This document shows positions 1-8,647 of a stretch of DNA of 64,000 bases, in pieces; the first letter of the stretch is position 1, and the number at the start of each line of letters is the position of its first letter. The notes under the pieces are model-generated. The model was given only the letters and a program-made list of their open reading frames with translations. It did no database searches and was not told the DNA's origin. This DNA comes from an uncultured delta proteobacterium (GTDB taxonomy: Bacteria; Myxococcota; UBA727; VGSZ01). The stretch lies in assembly GCA_963775425.1 (NCBI GenBank), contig CAVZJB010000005.1, positions 352,001 through 416,000 of the forward strand. The letters are read 5' to 3'. Made by a program: the position numbers and the translations under genes.

Positions 1-82
1 TAGGCCTGTCGGACGAACGCCGGCGCCACGGACGGCGGCGAACGATGGAGGGCGCTTCTTGTTCACCAGACGACGAAGGCGC

Positions 83-1018
83 GTGCCCATCCTCCGCGGC
101 GTCGCGTACCACATCGATGAGATCGCGCCGATCGACCGCATCCCCGAGCTCGCGGAGGACGCGGAGCTGCTGGCCGCCTTCAAGGAGAGCGGACACAAGA
201 CCTACGGGCACTCCAACCAGAGCCTCGCCGCACAAGCGGTGAGCTCCACCCGGAAGACGCTGGCCGCGGCCAACCTGTCCGTCGGCGACGTCGAGGCGAT
301 CGTTCTCGGCACCTCGGAGATCCCGGAGCCCAACCGCTATCCGGAGATGCTCAGCACCGAAGTGTTGACGGCGCTCGAGCTCTCCGACGTTCCCGTAATC
401 GGCGTGACGCTGGCCGGCTGCGCCAACTACAGCAGCGGGCTGCGCGTGGCGCGGGACATGGCCTCGGCCGAGGGCCTGCGACACGTCCTCGTCATCGAGA
501 CCAACCAGGTGCGCGGAGGGATGAAGCGCGCCGTCGTCGACAACGGCGACGCCGTCTCGATCTTCGCCGACGGCGCGGCGACCTGCGCCGTGAGCGTCGA
601 GGACGATGCCTCCTTCCGCGGCCGGTCTTCGGACTTCGAGCTGGTCGCCATGGCGCAGACCATCAAGCCGCTCGACTGGGCGAGCGCGGAGGAGAACGTC
701 ATCGCGGCGAACAACTTCATGGGGTTCCGCCGCGTCATCGACGAGGCCATGGAGCGCGCCGGCGCGACGCGCGCCGACTTCGTCCAGAGCTTCTTCTCCA
801 ACATCGCCATCGGGCTCGTGAACGCCAACGCAGAGGTGCTGGGCCTGCCGCCCGTGTACACCGCCAACAACAGCCGCACCGCGCACGTCTGGAGCTGCGA
901 CAACCTGATCAACCTCACGGACTACTGCGCCGCCGAGCAGGTGCCGGCGGGCGCCCTGTTCCTGCTTTTGTCCAACGCCGAGTCGTACTTCTCGGCGATC
1001 GTGTGCCGCAAGCGATGA
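83..1018 (+). CDS. 3-oxoacyl-ACP synthase III (FabH/KAS III)-like protein, non-canonical catalytic set (probable acyl/aminoacyl transferase)
   Basis: Thiolase-fold motifs: GDVEAIVLGT, catalytic LAGCANY, IFADGAATC. The HQAN motif is replaced by FSNI and the GNT motif by AHVWSCD. Probable GTG start at 83 after GAAGG (ORF track opens at 59). Stop overlaps the next ATG (ATGA). Confidence 0.75.
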   Translation: MPILRGVAYHIDEIAPIDRIPELAEDAELLAAFKESGHKTYGHSNQSLAAQAVSSTRKTLAAANLSVGDVEAIVLGTSEIPEPNRYPEMLSTEVLTALELSDVPVIGVTLAGCANYSSGLRVARDMASAEGLRHVLVIETNQVRGGMKRAVVDNGDAVSIFADGAATCAVSVEDDASFRGRSSDFELVAMAQTIKPLDWASAEENVIAANNFMGFRRVIDEAMERAGATRADFVQSFFSNIAIGLVNANAEVLGLPPVYTANNSRTAHVWSCDNLINLTDYCAAEQVPAGALFLLLSNAESYFSAIVCRKR

Positions 1019-4000
1019 ATGCCCACGCAGACCTGAGGCCCGGCTTCCAGCGGTTGCTGGACCACATCGCGTCGCGCGTCGTCCCCGGGGTTTCGCTGGA
1101 GGCGGCGCTGCACGACATCCTCGCGCTCGGCGGCCGCCAGGAGCTCGCGTTCGGTATGAAGTCGCTGACGCCGCTGCAGCGCGCGGTGGTCGATGAGCTC
1201 GGTGGGCGGACGTCGACGCTCGTCGACGCCGACGCCGCCACCGCCGGCGGAGCCCGCTGGTACCTCGGCCAGTGGAGCTACGGCCGCATCTGGCTCGCCC
1301 CCGAGCGGCCGGCCGATCCCGAGTGCCGCCTGCTGGCTGCGCTCTCTCTGCCCGCGGCGACGCACGACGCCGTCGTCGCGCGCGCCGTCAGCATCCAGCA
1401 GTCGTGGCAGACGTGCGACCCCGAGATGGACGCGTTCTTCGACAACCTCGACGCCGAAGGACTGCAGCGCGTGCTCCACGAAGTGCACGAGACCGTCGAT
1501 CACACCGATCCGATGCTGCTCTATGTCGGCGACGACACCCTCACCAATTTCGGCAAGCTCAACAACCTGCAGGAGCGCGGCGCCGACCTGCCGCGCTGCT
1601 TCCACCGCCGCGCGCGGGAGATGGCGCGCGACCGCTGGACGACGGCGGAGCGGATCTACGTCTTCTGCGTCTACTGGCTGCGCAGGGCCGGCTGCCGCGG
1701 CGAAGAATTCTGCGGCCGCCAGCTCAACCCCACGCTGCTGCGCGAATACTTCGCGGAGCGGTTGGCGGGCTACCGCGCGCTCGCGCCGGAGCTCTGCGAG
1801 GAAGAAGCCTCATCCATCGCCGACCAGGCGCGGCTGCTCGCGCGCTGCAAGGCCGGGAGCGCACAGCAGCTCTTGACGTATCGCTGGATCAACGGGCTCA
1901 CGTTCTACAAGGAGGAGCGCGTGTGCTCGCGCTCGAGCGCGCGCTTCGGCGTCGACACGCTGCCGCCGGCGCTGCGCGTGTACATCGCGGACGCGTGCGG
2001 CGTCGACACCGGGCAGCACGAGTCGCTCGCCTCGCTGTTCGACGCGTGCGTGGCGCAGATGGCGCGCCGCGGGTTCGCCAGCGACGACGACAAGCTGAAC
2101 GCGTTCGAAGGGCTGCTGAAGGCGATTGTCGACTGCGCCATCGACGCCACCGGCAGCGACATCGGCATGAGCCGTGGCACGCGCGACGTCGCGCGCATGC
2201 AGCGCGCGTTCGGCGAGCAGCGTTATGCGGAGATCTGCGGGTGGCAGAGCCCCGACTACTTCTGCGCGGTCTTCCCGAGCGCCGCCCTGCGAGAGCAGCT
2301 CGCGGGCAACCCCGAGCTGCTGGTGAAGATCCTGTACGCGTGCTCGGCGCGCATGCAGTTCAACCACTGGCACTACATCCCGGGCCACTGCCCGCCCGAG
2401 GGCGTGCCGGCCGACCGGCACTACTACTACCCGCCCGGCGTGGCGGACCTCGCCGAGTGGAGCGACCAACATCACACGGGCCACGTGTTGGCGCAGGTGC
2501 GCTACAGCATCCGCTCGCCGGCGCCGCTGTCGTTTGGCGGAAAGCTCTACCCGGGCATGGTCGACCTGCGCCTCTTTCGCCAGAGCAGCGCGCCGTACAC
2601 GCCCGAAGAGCTCATGACGGCGCTGACGTACACGGACTACGTGCGCGCGCTGCAACAGTCGCTGTCGGATCACCTCGCGCGCGGCGGCGACCCTCTCGTG
2701 GTCGCCGCGTTCGGCAAGGATTGGTACCGCGACTATTACGGTGGCCGGCGCGCGCCCGGCGCCGCTGTGGAAGCCGCCTCCGCTGCGACCGGAGCGCCTG
2801 CGCCTGCGCCTTTCGCGATGGCGTCGGCGCGCGCGGCGCCGAGCACCGCGCTGTTCCGCATCCTGTGCCGGCACGCCGCCGAGGACGCCGGGCATGCCGC
2901 GCTGATCGAAGCGCGCCAGCCCGAGCCGGACGTCACGATCAGCTCCCGCAGGCTCCTCGCTCACGCGCAGGCGCTGCGCGACGCCATGCTCGGCGGCGGC
3001 CTCGCGCCCGGCGCCGCCGTCGCGGTCTTGTCCGAGCGCGCCGTGCATCAGACGGTGGCGATCGTCGCCGGCATCGCCAACGGGCTGATCGTCAACCCGC
3101 TCAACCCCGCGCTCTCGCCGCAGGTGCTGCGGGGGCAGATGGAGCACGCGCAACCCGCTTGGCTGATCGTCGACAGCGGCGTCGCGCCGCCGGCGGGTCT
3201 GCCGGGCACCGTGCGGTGCATCGCCTGGGACGACGTGTTTGCGAACGTCGCCCAACACGAAGCGCTGCCTGTCCCGACCGTCGACGACGGCGCCCCTCGC
3301 GAGGACGCGGGCGGCCTCTTGATCTACACGTCCGGCACCACGGGCGCCTCGAAGGGCGTGCTCTTGAGTTGGTCGAACATCGAAGCCAACGTGCGCTACG
3401 CCGTCGACGCGCTCGGCTTCGAGCCCGGGCAGGTGACGGGCAGCCTGCTCCCGCGCTTTCACACGTTCACGCTCATCAGCGACCTCTTCCCGGCGCTGCT
3501 GCTCGGCGGCACCGGGGTGCTGGCAGACACCTTCGATCTGTCCAACGTGAAGTGGACGGTGGACGCCTTTGTTCGCCACGGCGTGCGTTCGTACAGCGCC
3601 GTGCCCGTCATCTTCGACGCGCTGTGTGCCTTGAACGCCTGGGCCTCCGCGCCGGCGCTGCGCATGGCGATCGCCGGCGCTGCGCCGCTCAAGGAGAACA
3701 CGCGGCTCACGTATAAGAAGGCGTTCGGCCACCCGATCATCCCCTGCTACGGCCTGAGCGAGACGACGTGCTTCGCCGCCATCTCACCGCCGGACGCCAT
3801 CCGACCCGGCGCCGTCGGTCGCGCCGCCGGCATCGAGATCCGCGTCGTCGACGAAGAGGGCGCTCCGCTCGGCAGCGGCGTCACCGGTGAGCTCGAGATG
3901 CGCGGCGCTTCGGTGATCAACAGCGGCTATTTCCACGACACCGACGGCCAGTTCGCGCGCGCGTTCACCGCCGACGGCTGGTTCAAGACGGGCGACGTCG

Positions 4001-4374
4001 GACGCATCGACGACGACGACTATGTGTACGTAACCGGCCGCAAGAAGAACATGGTCATTCGCGGCGGCGAGAAGGTCTATCTCGAAGACGTTGACCGTTG
4101 CCTCGCCGAATTCCTGGGCGTCCTCGACTGCGCCAGCATCGTGCTGTGCCAGCCGAACGAGCCCGACCTGGCGTTGACGTTCATCGTCACCTCCGGTTCT
4201 CCACTGCCGCTTGACGAGGTCACCGCGCACGTGCGCGCCGCGCTTTCGGCGCATCACGTCCCCGACCGCATCTACTTCGTCGAGCGCATCCCGCGCACGG
4301 CGACCGGCAAGGCCTCGCATCCGGAGCTGCTCGCGCTGTCCAAGGCGCTGCGCTCCTCCCAGGAGGGCGCGTGA
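1015..4374 (+). CDS. Fusion protein: ~570-aa uncharacterised His-rich N-terminal domain + AMP-binding (ANL) adenylating enzyme
   Basis: C-terminal half has LIYTSGTTGASKG, YGLSET, WFKTGDVG, TGRKKNMVIRGGEK and PRTATGK. An Ala/Pro linker lies near 2750-2850. N-terminal domain has RMQFNHWHY and WSDQHHTGHV..VRYSIR. ATG at 1015 is coupled to the upstream TGA. Confidence 0.85.
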   Translation: MNAHADLRPGFQRLLDHIASRVVPGVSLEAALHDILALGGRQELAFGMKSLTPLQRAVVDELGGRTSTLVDADAATAGGARWYLGQWSYGRIWLAPERPADPECRLLAALSLPAATHDAVVARAVSIQQSWQTCDPEMDAFFDNLDAEGLQRVLHEVHETVDHTDPMLLYVGDDTLTNFGKLNNLQERGADLPRCFHRRAREMARDRWTTAERIYVFCVYWLRRAGCRGEEFCGRQLNPTLLREYFAERLAGYRALAPELCEEEASSIADQARLLARCKAGSAQQLLTYRWINGLTFYKEERVCSRSSARFGVDTLPPALRVYIADACGVDTGQHESLASLFDACVAQMARRGFASDDDKLNAFEGLLKAIVDCAIDATGSDIGMSRGTRDVARMQRAFGEQRYAEICGWQSPDYFCAVFPSAALREQLAGNPELLVKILYACSARMQFNHWHYIPGHCPPEGVPADRHYYYPPGVADLAEWSDQHHTGHVLAQVRYSIRSPAPLSFGGKLYPGMVDLRLFRQSSAPYTPEELMTALTYTDYVRALQQSLSDHLARGGDPLVVAAFGKDWYRDYYGGRRAPGAAVEAASAATGAPAPAPFAMASARAAPSTALFRILCRHAAEDAGHAALIEARQPEPDVTISSRRLLAHAQALRDAMLGGGLAPGAAVAVLSERAVHQTVAIVAGIANGLIVNPLNPALSPQVLRGQMEHAQPAWLIVDSGVAPPAGLPGTVRCIAWDDVFANVAQHEALPVPTVDDGAPREDAGGLLIYTSGTTGASKGVLLSWSNIEANVRYAVDALGFEPGQVTGSLLPRFHTFTLISDLFPALLLGGTGVLADTFDLSNVKWTVDAFVRHGVRSYSAVPVIFDALCALNAWASAPALRMAIAGAAPLKENTRLTYKKAFGHPIIPCYGLSETTCFAAISPPDAIRPGAVGRAAGIEIRVVDEEGAPLGSGVTGELEMRGASVINSGYFHDTDGQFARAFTADGWFKTGDVGRIDDDDYVYVTGRKKNMVIRGGEKVYLEDVDRCLAEFLGVLDCASIVLCQPNEPDLALTFIVTSGSPLPLDEVTAHVRAALSAHHVPDRIYFVERIPRTATGKASHPELLALSKALRSSQEGA

Positions 4375-5312
4375 TCATCGATAGCCACGCGCACGCGGCG
4401 CTGGAGGAGGTGCTGCCCACGCGCTTCTTCGACGGGTGGGTCGACAACCTCGAGCGCTTGTTGCCGTCCGATGCGTCGCCGGCGCAGCGCGCGGCGCTCA
4501 GCGCGATGTTTCGCGCCGCAAACCAGGACCCGGGCTGCGACCGGCTGGTGGCCGAGATGGATCGCGCCGGCATCGCCAAGACGGTGCTGTTGATCGTCGA
4601 CTTCGGGTACGCGTATCCCGATCAGCTCGACGCGCTCGAGAGCATCTACGAGCTGCATCGTCAGCTCATGCAGCGCCACGCGGGCCGCTTCATCGTCTTC
4701 GCGGGCATCGATCCGCGCCGCGGTCAGGCGGGCGTCGACCTGCTGGAGCGCGGCCTGCGGGATTGGGGCTTTCGCGGGATGAAGATCTATCCCCCGTGTG
4801 GCTACTCGCCGGACGCGCGCGAGCTCGATCCCTTCTACGAGGTCTGCACGCACTACAGCGTCCCGGTGCTGTCCCACATCGGGCCGACGTCGCCCACGTT
4901 GTCGTTCAAGCACACGCGGCCCGAGCACATCGAGGACGCGGCGTTCCGCTTCCCCGGCGTGAACTTCATCCTCGGCCACGCCGGCGTCACGTGGCGCGCG
5001 GAGGCCAGAATGCTCGCGGCCTTCAGGCCGAACGTCTACCTCGACCTCTCGGGCTTCCAGCCGCACTGGAAGCGCGGGGAGCTCGACGGGATCCTGGCCG
5101 AGCACAAGCGTGACGGCGTGCTGCGCAAGCTCTTGTTCGGCACGGACTGGCCCATCCACTTCCTGCACGGCGATCAGCAGCAGTGCGTGGAGGCGTTCCG
5201 CGACTGCGCGCGGCGCGGGGTCATCACCGAGGAAGAGCTGGGCTGGCTCTTCTACCGGAACGCGCAGAGGCTGTTCGGGGACGCCGCCGGCGGCGAGGAA
5301 GCCGCGAGGTAG
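4371..5312 (+). CDS. Amidohydrolase_2 family metallohydrolase/decarboxylase
   Basis: IIDSHAH (HxH), GMKIYPPCGY, VLSHIG, ILGHAG, VYLDLSG, LFGTDWP. GTGA overlap with the upstream gene. Confidence 0.85.
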   Translation: MIIDSHAHAALEEVLPTRFFDGWVDNLERLLPSDASPAQRAALSAMFRAANQDPGCDRLVAEMDRAGIAKTVLLIVDFGYAYPDQLDALESIYELHRQLMQRHAGRFIVFAGIDPRRGQAGVDLLERGLRDWGFRGMKIYPPCGYSPDARELDPFYEVCTHYSVPVLSHIGPTSPTLSFKHTRPEHIEDAAFRFPGVNFILGHAGVTWRAEARMLAAFRPNVYLDLSGFQPHWKRGELDGILAEHKRDGVLRKLLFGTDWPIHFLHGDQQQCVEAFRDCARRGVITEEELGWLFYRNAQRLFGDAAGGEEAAR

Positions 5313-5359
5313 GGTGCGCGCCGCGCGCTGGGCTACCATTGGCTGGAAAGGGAACTCTC

Positions 5360-5584
5360 ATGTCAACCCGGCAGGCCGTGCTCGATGTGCTCGCCAAACA
5401 TGCGCAGTGCGACGCCGCCACGCTCTCACCCGAGGACGTCCTGGCCGACGTCGGCGTCAATTCTCTCAAGTTCATCATGGTGCTCCTGGAGATCGAGCAG
5501 GTGACGGGGAAGAAGGTCATGGACATCAACAAGATCGGCAAGCTGAAGACGGTGGGCGACGTCCTTGCGCTGACCGAGTCGTAG
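5360..5584 (+). CDS. Stand-alone acyl/peptidyl carrier protein (74 aa)
   Basis: MSTRQAVLDVLAKHAQ...LADVGVNSLKFIMVLLEIE...LKTVGDV. Phosphopantetheine Ser sits in GVNSL. ATG at 5360 follows AAAGGGA. Confidence 0.85.
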   Translation: MSTRQAVLDVLAKHAQCDAATLSPEDVLADVGVNSLKFIMVLLEIEQVTGKKVMDINKIGKLKTVGDVLALTES

Positions 5585-5593
5585 GGAACCCCG

Positions 5594-6019
5594 ATGCACG
5601 ACATCCGCCTCGCCCGACAAGACGACGAGATCGCCGCGACGTTCGCCGTGATGCACCAACTGCGCACGCATCTCGTCGAGAGCGACTACGTCGCGCTGGT
5701 GCGTAAGCTCCAGGCACAAGGGTACTTGTTGGCCTACGTGGACGACGGCGAGCGCGTGGTGGCCGCCGCCGGTTTCAAGCTCGGCGCCTCGCTCGCCTGG
5801 GGCGACTACGTCTATATCGACGACCTCGTCACCGACACCCGCGCGCGCTCGGCCGGGCACGGTGCGCGGCTGATGGCATGGGTCGCCGATTACGGCCGCC
5901 AACGCGGCTGCACCGAGCTCCACCTGGACTCCGGGGTGCAACGCTTCGCCGCGCACCGCTTCTATCTGCGCGAGCGCATGGACATCACCTGCCATCACTT
6001 CTGTCTACGCATCGCGTAG
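5594..6019 (+). CDS. GNAT family N-acyltransferase
   Basis: YIDDLVTD..ARSAGHGARLM (acyl-CoA binding motif A), LHLDSG, AHRFY. Confidence 0.9.
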   Translation: MHDIRLARQDDEIAATFAVMHQLRTHLVESDYVALVRKLQAQGYLLAYVDDGERVVAAAGFKLGASLAWGDYVYIDDLVTDTRARSAGHGARLMAWVADYGRQRGCTELHLDSGVQRFAAHRFYLRERMDITCHHFCLRIA

Positions 6020-6037
6020 GAAATGAGACTTCGCGGG

Positions 6038-6679
6038 TCAGCGCACCGGACCGGCGGGCACCGCGAGCGGGGCGCCAGACGCGGCCACGGCGCGCGCGAC
6101 GTCGGGCGGCAGCGCTCGCCGGCGGGGCGCCGGGGGCGCGTCGAGCAGCGCGCGGGCGAGCTCGGCGGCGGCCTCGAGGGCGCCGATGGGCACGCGATCG
6201 CTGGCGGCGACGTCGACGAGGAGGCGGCCGTCGGCGAGCTGGACGGCGAGCGCGCCGTGCGCGTCGAAGAGCGCGTCGACGGCGGCGCGCACGCGGGTCC
6301 GCGCACCGCTGCCGGCGGGAGCGTCGCCGCGCTCGCCGTCGGGGTGGCCCGGGCGCGCGAGGTCGAGGGGGAGCGCTTCGGGGCCGCGCGCGAGCGCGGC
6401 GCGGTAGATGAGGAGGCGGGGGGAGCGGTCGGCGCGCTCGATCCGTCCGCGGATCTCCCAGGTCGGCACCTCGTCGCCGCCGAGGCAGAGGCGGCCGCGC
6501 ACGAGCTCGAGCCGGGCCACGCCGTCGTCGAAGCGGGCGCACGGGTGCGCGAAGGGAAGGCCCGCCGTCGACGACCGCAGGCGCGGATCTCCGGCGAACG
6601 GCCTGCGCGCTGACCGGCCCGCGAGCGCCGCGAACACGGCGACGATGGTTCCGAAGATGATCGTGGCGGCGAGCCCCAT
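6038..6679 (-). CDS. Hypothetical protein with N-terminal membrane anchor
   Basis: MGLAATIIFGTIVAVFAALAG hydrophobic start. Protein-like composition, unlike the overlapping frames. Confidence 0.55.
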   Translation of the reverse strand: MGLAATIIFGTIVAVFAALAGRSARRPFAGDPRLRSSTAGLPFAHPCARFDDGVARLELVRGRLCLGGDEVPTWEIRGRIERADRSPRLLIYRAALARGPEALPLDLARPGHPDGERGDAPAGSGARTRVRAAVDALFDAHGALAVQLADGRLLVDVAASDRVPIGALEAAAELARALLDAPPAPRRRALPPDVARAVAASGAPLAVPAGPVR

Positions 6680-6790
6680 GCCGCCGATCCTAGCGTCCCG
6701 CCACGTCGCCGACGCGCCCGACGCGCGCGGACGACGCCGGCGCTCGCGCGCGTAGACATCTCGTCTCCGCGGGGAACGCCGCTGCGCCGC

Positions 6791-7747
6791 TCAACGCAGC
6801 GCGAGGACGCTCCGGGCGACGCCTTCGGCGTCGAGGCCGTGCTTTTTGTAGAGCGCCTTGGGGTCGCCGGACTCGCCGAAGACGTCCTGCACGCCGAGGC
6901 GCAGCAGGCGCGCCGGCGTCCGCGACGTCAACGACTCGGCCACCGCCCCGCCGAGGCCGCCGAGCACGTTGTGGTCCTCCACCGTCACCAGGCCGAGCTT
7001 GCACTCCCGGGCCGCCTTCTCGATGGCGTCGTCGTCCACGGGCTTGATGGTCGACGCGTTCAAGACGCGGGCCGACACGCCCTGCTTGGCGAGCAGCGCC
7101 GCCGCATCGACGGCGCCGCCGACGCAGCCTCCGGTCGCGAGGATGGCGACGTCGGTGCCCTCGAGGAGCGTGGGGAACCTTCCCGGCACGAAGCGGTAGC
7201 CCTCGGGGTGCACCCGCGGCACGTCCTGCCGCGTGAGCCGCAGGTACGCCGGGCGCGGATCCGTCGCGAGGTGGTCCACCATCTGCGCGGTCTCGACGTC
7301 GTCGGCCGGCTGCAACACCAACATGGTGGGCAGCGAGCGCATCAGCGCCAGGTCCTCGAGGCCTTGCTGCGAGTAGCCGTCGGGGCCGATGCCGACGCCG
7401 GCGTGCGTGCCGACGATGCGCACGCGCGCCTGCGAGTACGCCACGCTCATCTTGATCTGGTCGAAGCGCCCCGTGATGAAGCAGGCGAACGAGCAGCAAA
7501 ACGGCGTGTAGCCCGAGAGCGCGAGCCCGGACGCGGTGCCGAGCATGTTCGCCTCCTGGATGCCCATCTCGAAGAAGCGATCGGGGTGGGCCTTGGCGAA
7601 CACCACGGACATCGTGGACTTGCTGAGGTCGGCGTCGAGCACCACGACCTTGTCGTCGCGATCGCCGAGCGCCTTGAGGGCTTCGCCGAACGCCTTGCGC
7701 GTGGCCATGGGCTTGACGACGTCGACGGCTGCGGTGGGGTGGTTCAT
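6791..7747 (-). CDS. Transketolase, C-terminal (pyrimidine-binding) subunit
   Basis: ATRKAFGEAL, LDADLSKST, EMGIQEANM, GPDGYSQQ (His of GxSHQ replaced by Gln), YLRLTR, TVEDH..GGLG. True ATG at 7747 overlaps the upstream stop. Confidence 0.92.
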   Translation of the reverse strand: MNHPTAAVDVVKPMATRKAFGEALKALGDRDDKVVVLDADLSKSTMSVVFAKAHPDRFFEMGIQEANMLGTASGLALSGYTPFCCSFACFITGRFDQIKMSVAYSQARVRIVGTHAGVGIGPDGYSQQGLEDLALMRSLPTMLVLQPADDVETAQMVDHLATDPRPAYLRLTRQDVPRVHPEGYRFVPGRFPTLLEGTDVAILATGGCVGGAVDAAALLAKQGVSARVLNASTIKPVDDDAIEKAARECKLGLVTVEDHNVLGGLGGAVAESLTSRTPARLLRLGVQDVFGESGDPKALYKKHGLDAEGVARSVLALR

Positions 7748-8592
7748 GCGAGCTCCTTCATGGCGCGCTCGTACTCGTCTTTGTTCGGCGCCTTGCCGTG
7801 CCAGCCGACGGTGTCCTTCTCGAAGAAGCTCACGCCCTTGCCCTTGATGGTGTGGGAGAGCACCACCGTAGGCCTGGCGGTCTCCGCGCGCGCGGCCGCG
7901 CACGCCGAGCGAATCTCGTCGACGGAGTGGCCGTCGATGGTCAGCACGTTCCAGCCGAACGCGCGCCACTTTTCGGCCAGCGGCTCGAGGGGCATGACGT
8001 CGGAGACCAGGCCGTCGATCTGTCCGTTGTTCCAGTCCACGAACACCGTGAGGTTGGTGGCGCCGAGCTTGGGCGCCGACAGCGCCGCCTCCCACACCTG
8101 CCCCTCCTGCAGCTCGCCGTCTCCGGTGACGACGTAGCAGCGCCAGGCCGGGCCCTTGTCGCCGCCGGTCGACGCGGCGCCGCCGAGCTTGCCGGCGAGC
8201 GCGATGCCCTGCGCCACGCTCAGGCCCTGCCCGAGGGAGCCTGTGGACGCCTCGATGCCGGGGAGGAGCGCGTTGGCGGGGTGTCCCTGCAGGGGCGAGC
8301 CCAGCTCCCGCAGCGTGCTCAGATCGGACAGCGGGAAGTAGCCGCGCTCGGCCATCACCGCGTACAGCGCGGGGACGCCGTGGCCCTTGGAGAGCACGAA
8401 GCGATCGCGCTCGGGCCACGAGGGGTTCTTCGCATCGAAGCGCATCTCGCCCGAATAGAGGGTGAGGATGATCTCGAGGGCGGAGAAGCTCCCGCCGGGG
8501 TGGCCGCTGCCGGCCTTGGTGATGGCCTCGAGGATGTGGCGCCGGAGCTTCTTGGCGGTCTCCCGGAGCTCGTCCACGCTGATTTGCTGCAT
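7744..8592 (-). CDS. Transketolase, N-terminal (TPP-binding) subunit
   Basis: GSGHPGGSFS, RDRFVLSKGH, LQGHP, STGSLGQG, GDGELQEGQVWEA, TIKGKG, WHG. ATG at 8592. Confidence 0.93.
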   Translation of the reverse strand: MQQISVDELRETAKKLRRHILEAITKAGSGHPGGSFSALEIILTLYSGEMRFDAKNPSWPERDRFVLSKGHGVPALYAVMAERGYFPLSDLSTLRELGSPLQGHPANALLPGIEASTGSLGQGLSVAQGIALAGKLGGAASTGGDKGPAWRCYVVTGDGELQEGQVWEAALSAPKLGATNLTVFVDWNNGQIDGLVSDVMPLEPLAEKWRAFGWNVLTIDGHSVDEIRSACAAARAETARPTVVLSHTIKGKGVSFFEKDTVGWHGKAPNKDEYERAMKELA

Positions 8593-8647
8593 GCCCCCGC
8601 TTATGTTCCCGGTGCGTCGACGACAAGAGGTGGCGTAGCTTCCGCCC

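Noticed and set aside
1272-3732. Long overlapping ORFs (1272-3716 +, 1810-3732 -) and many similar ones such as 35907-39689, 37655-41866, 52600-55173 and 52602-55244
   Set aside because: Arg/Ala/Pro/Gly-rich shadow frames of real genes, expected in high-GC DNA with few stop codons. They carry no motifs.
1-6019. Horizontal acquisition of the biosynthetic operon
   Set aside because: It seems slightly richer in A/T-ending codons by eye, but I cannot compute GC or codon statistics, and no integrase, tRNA or att site is visible.
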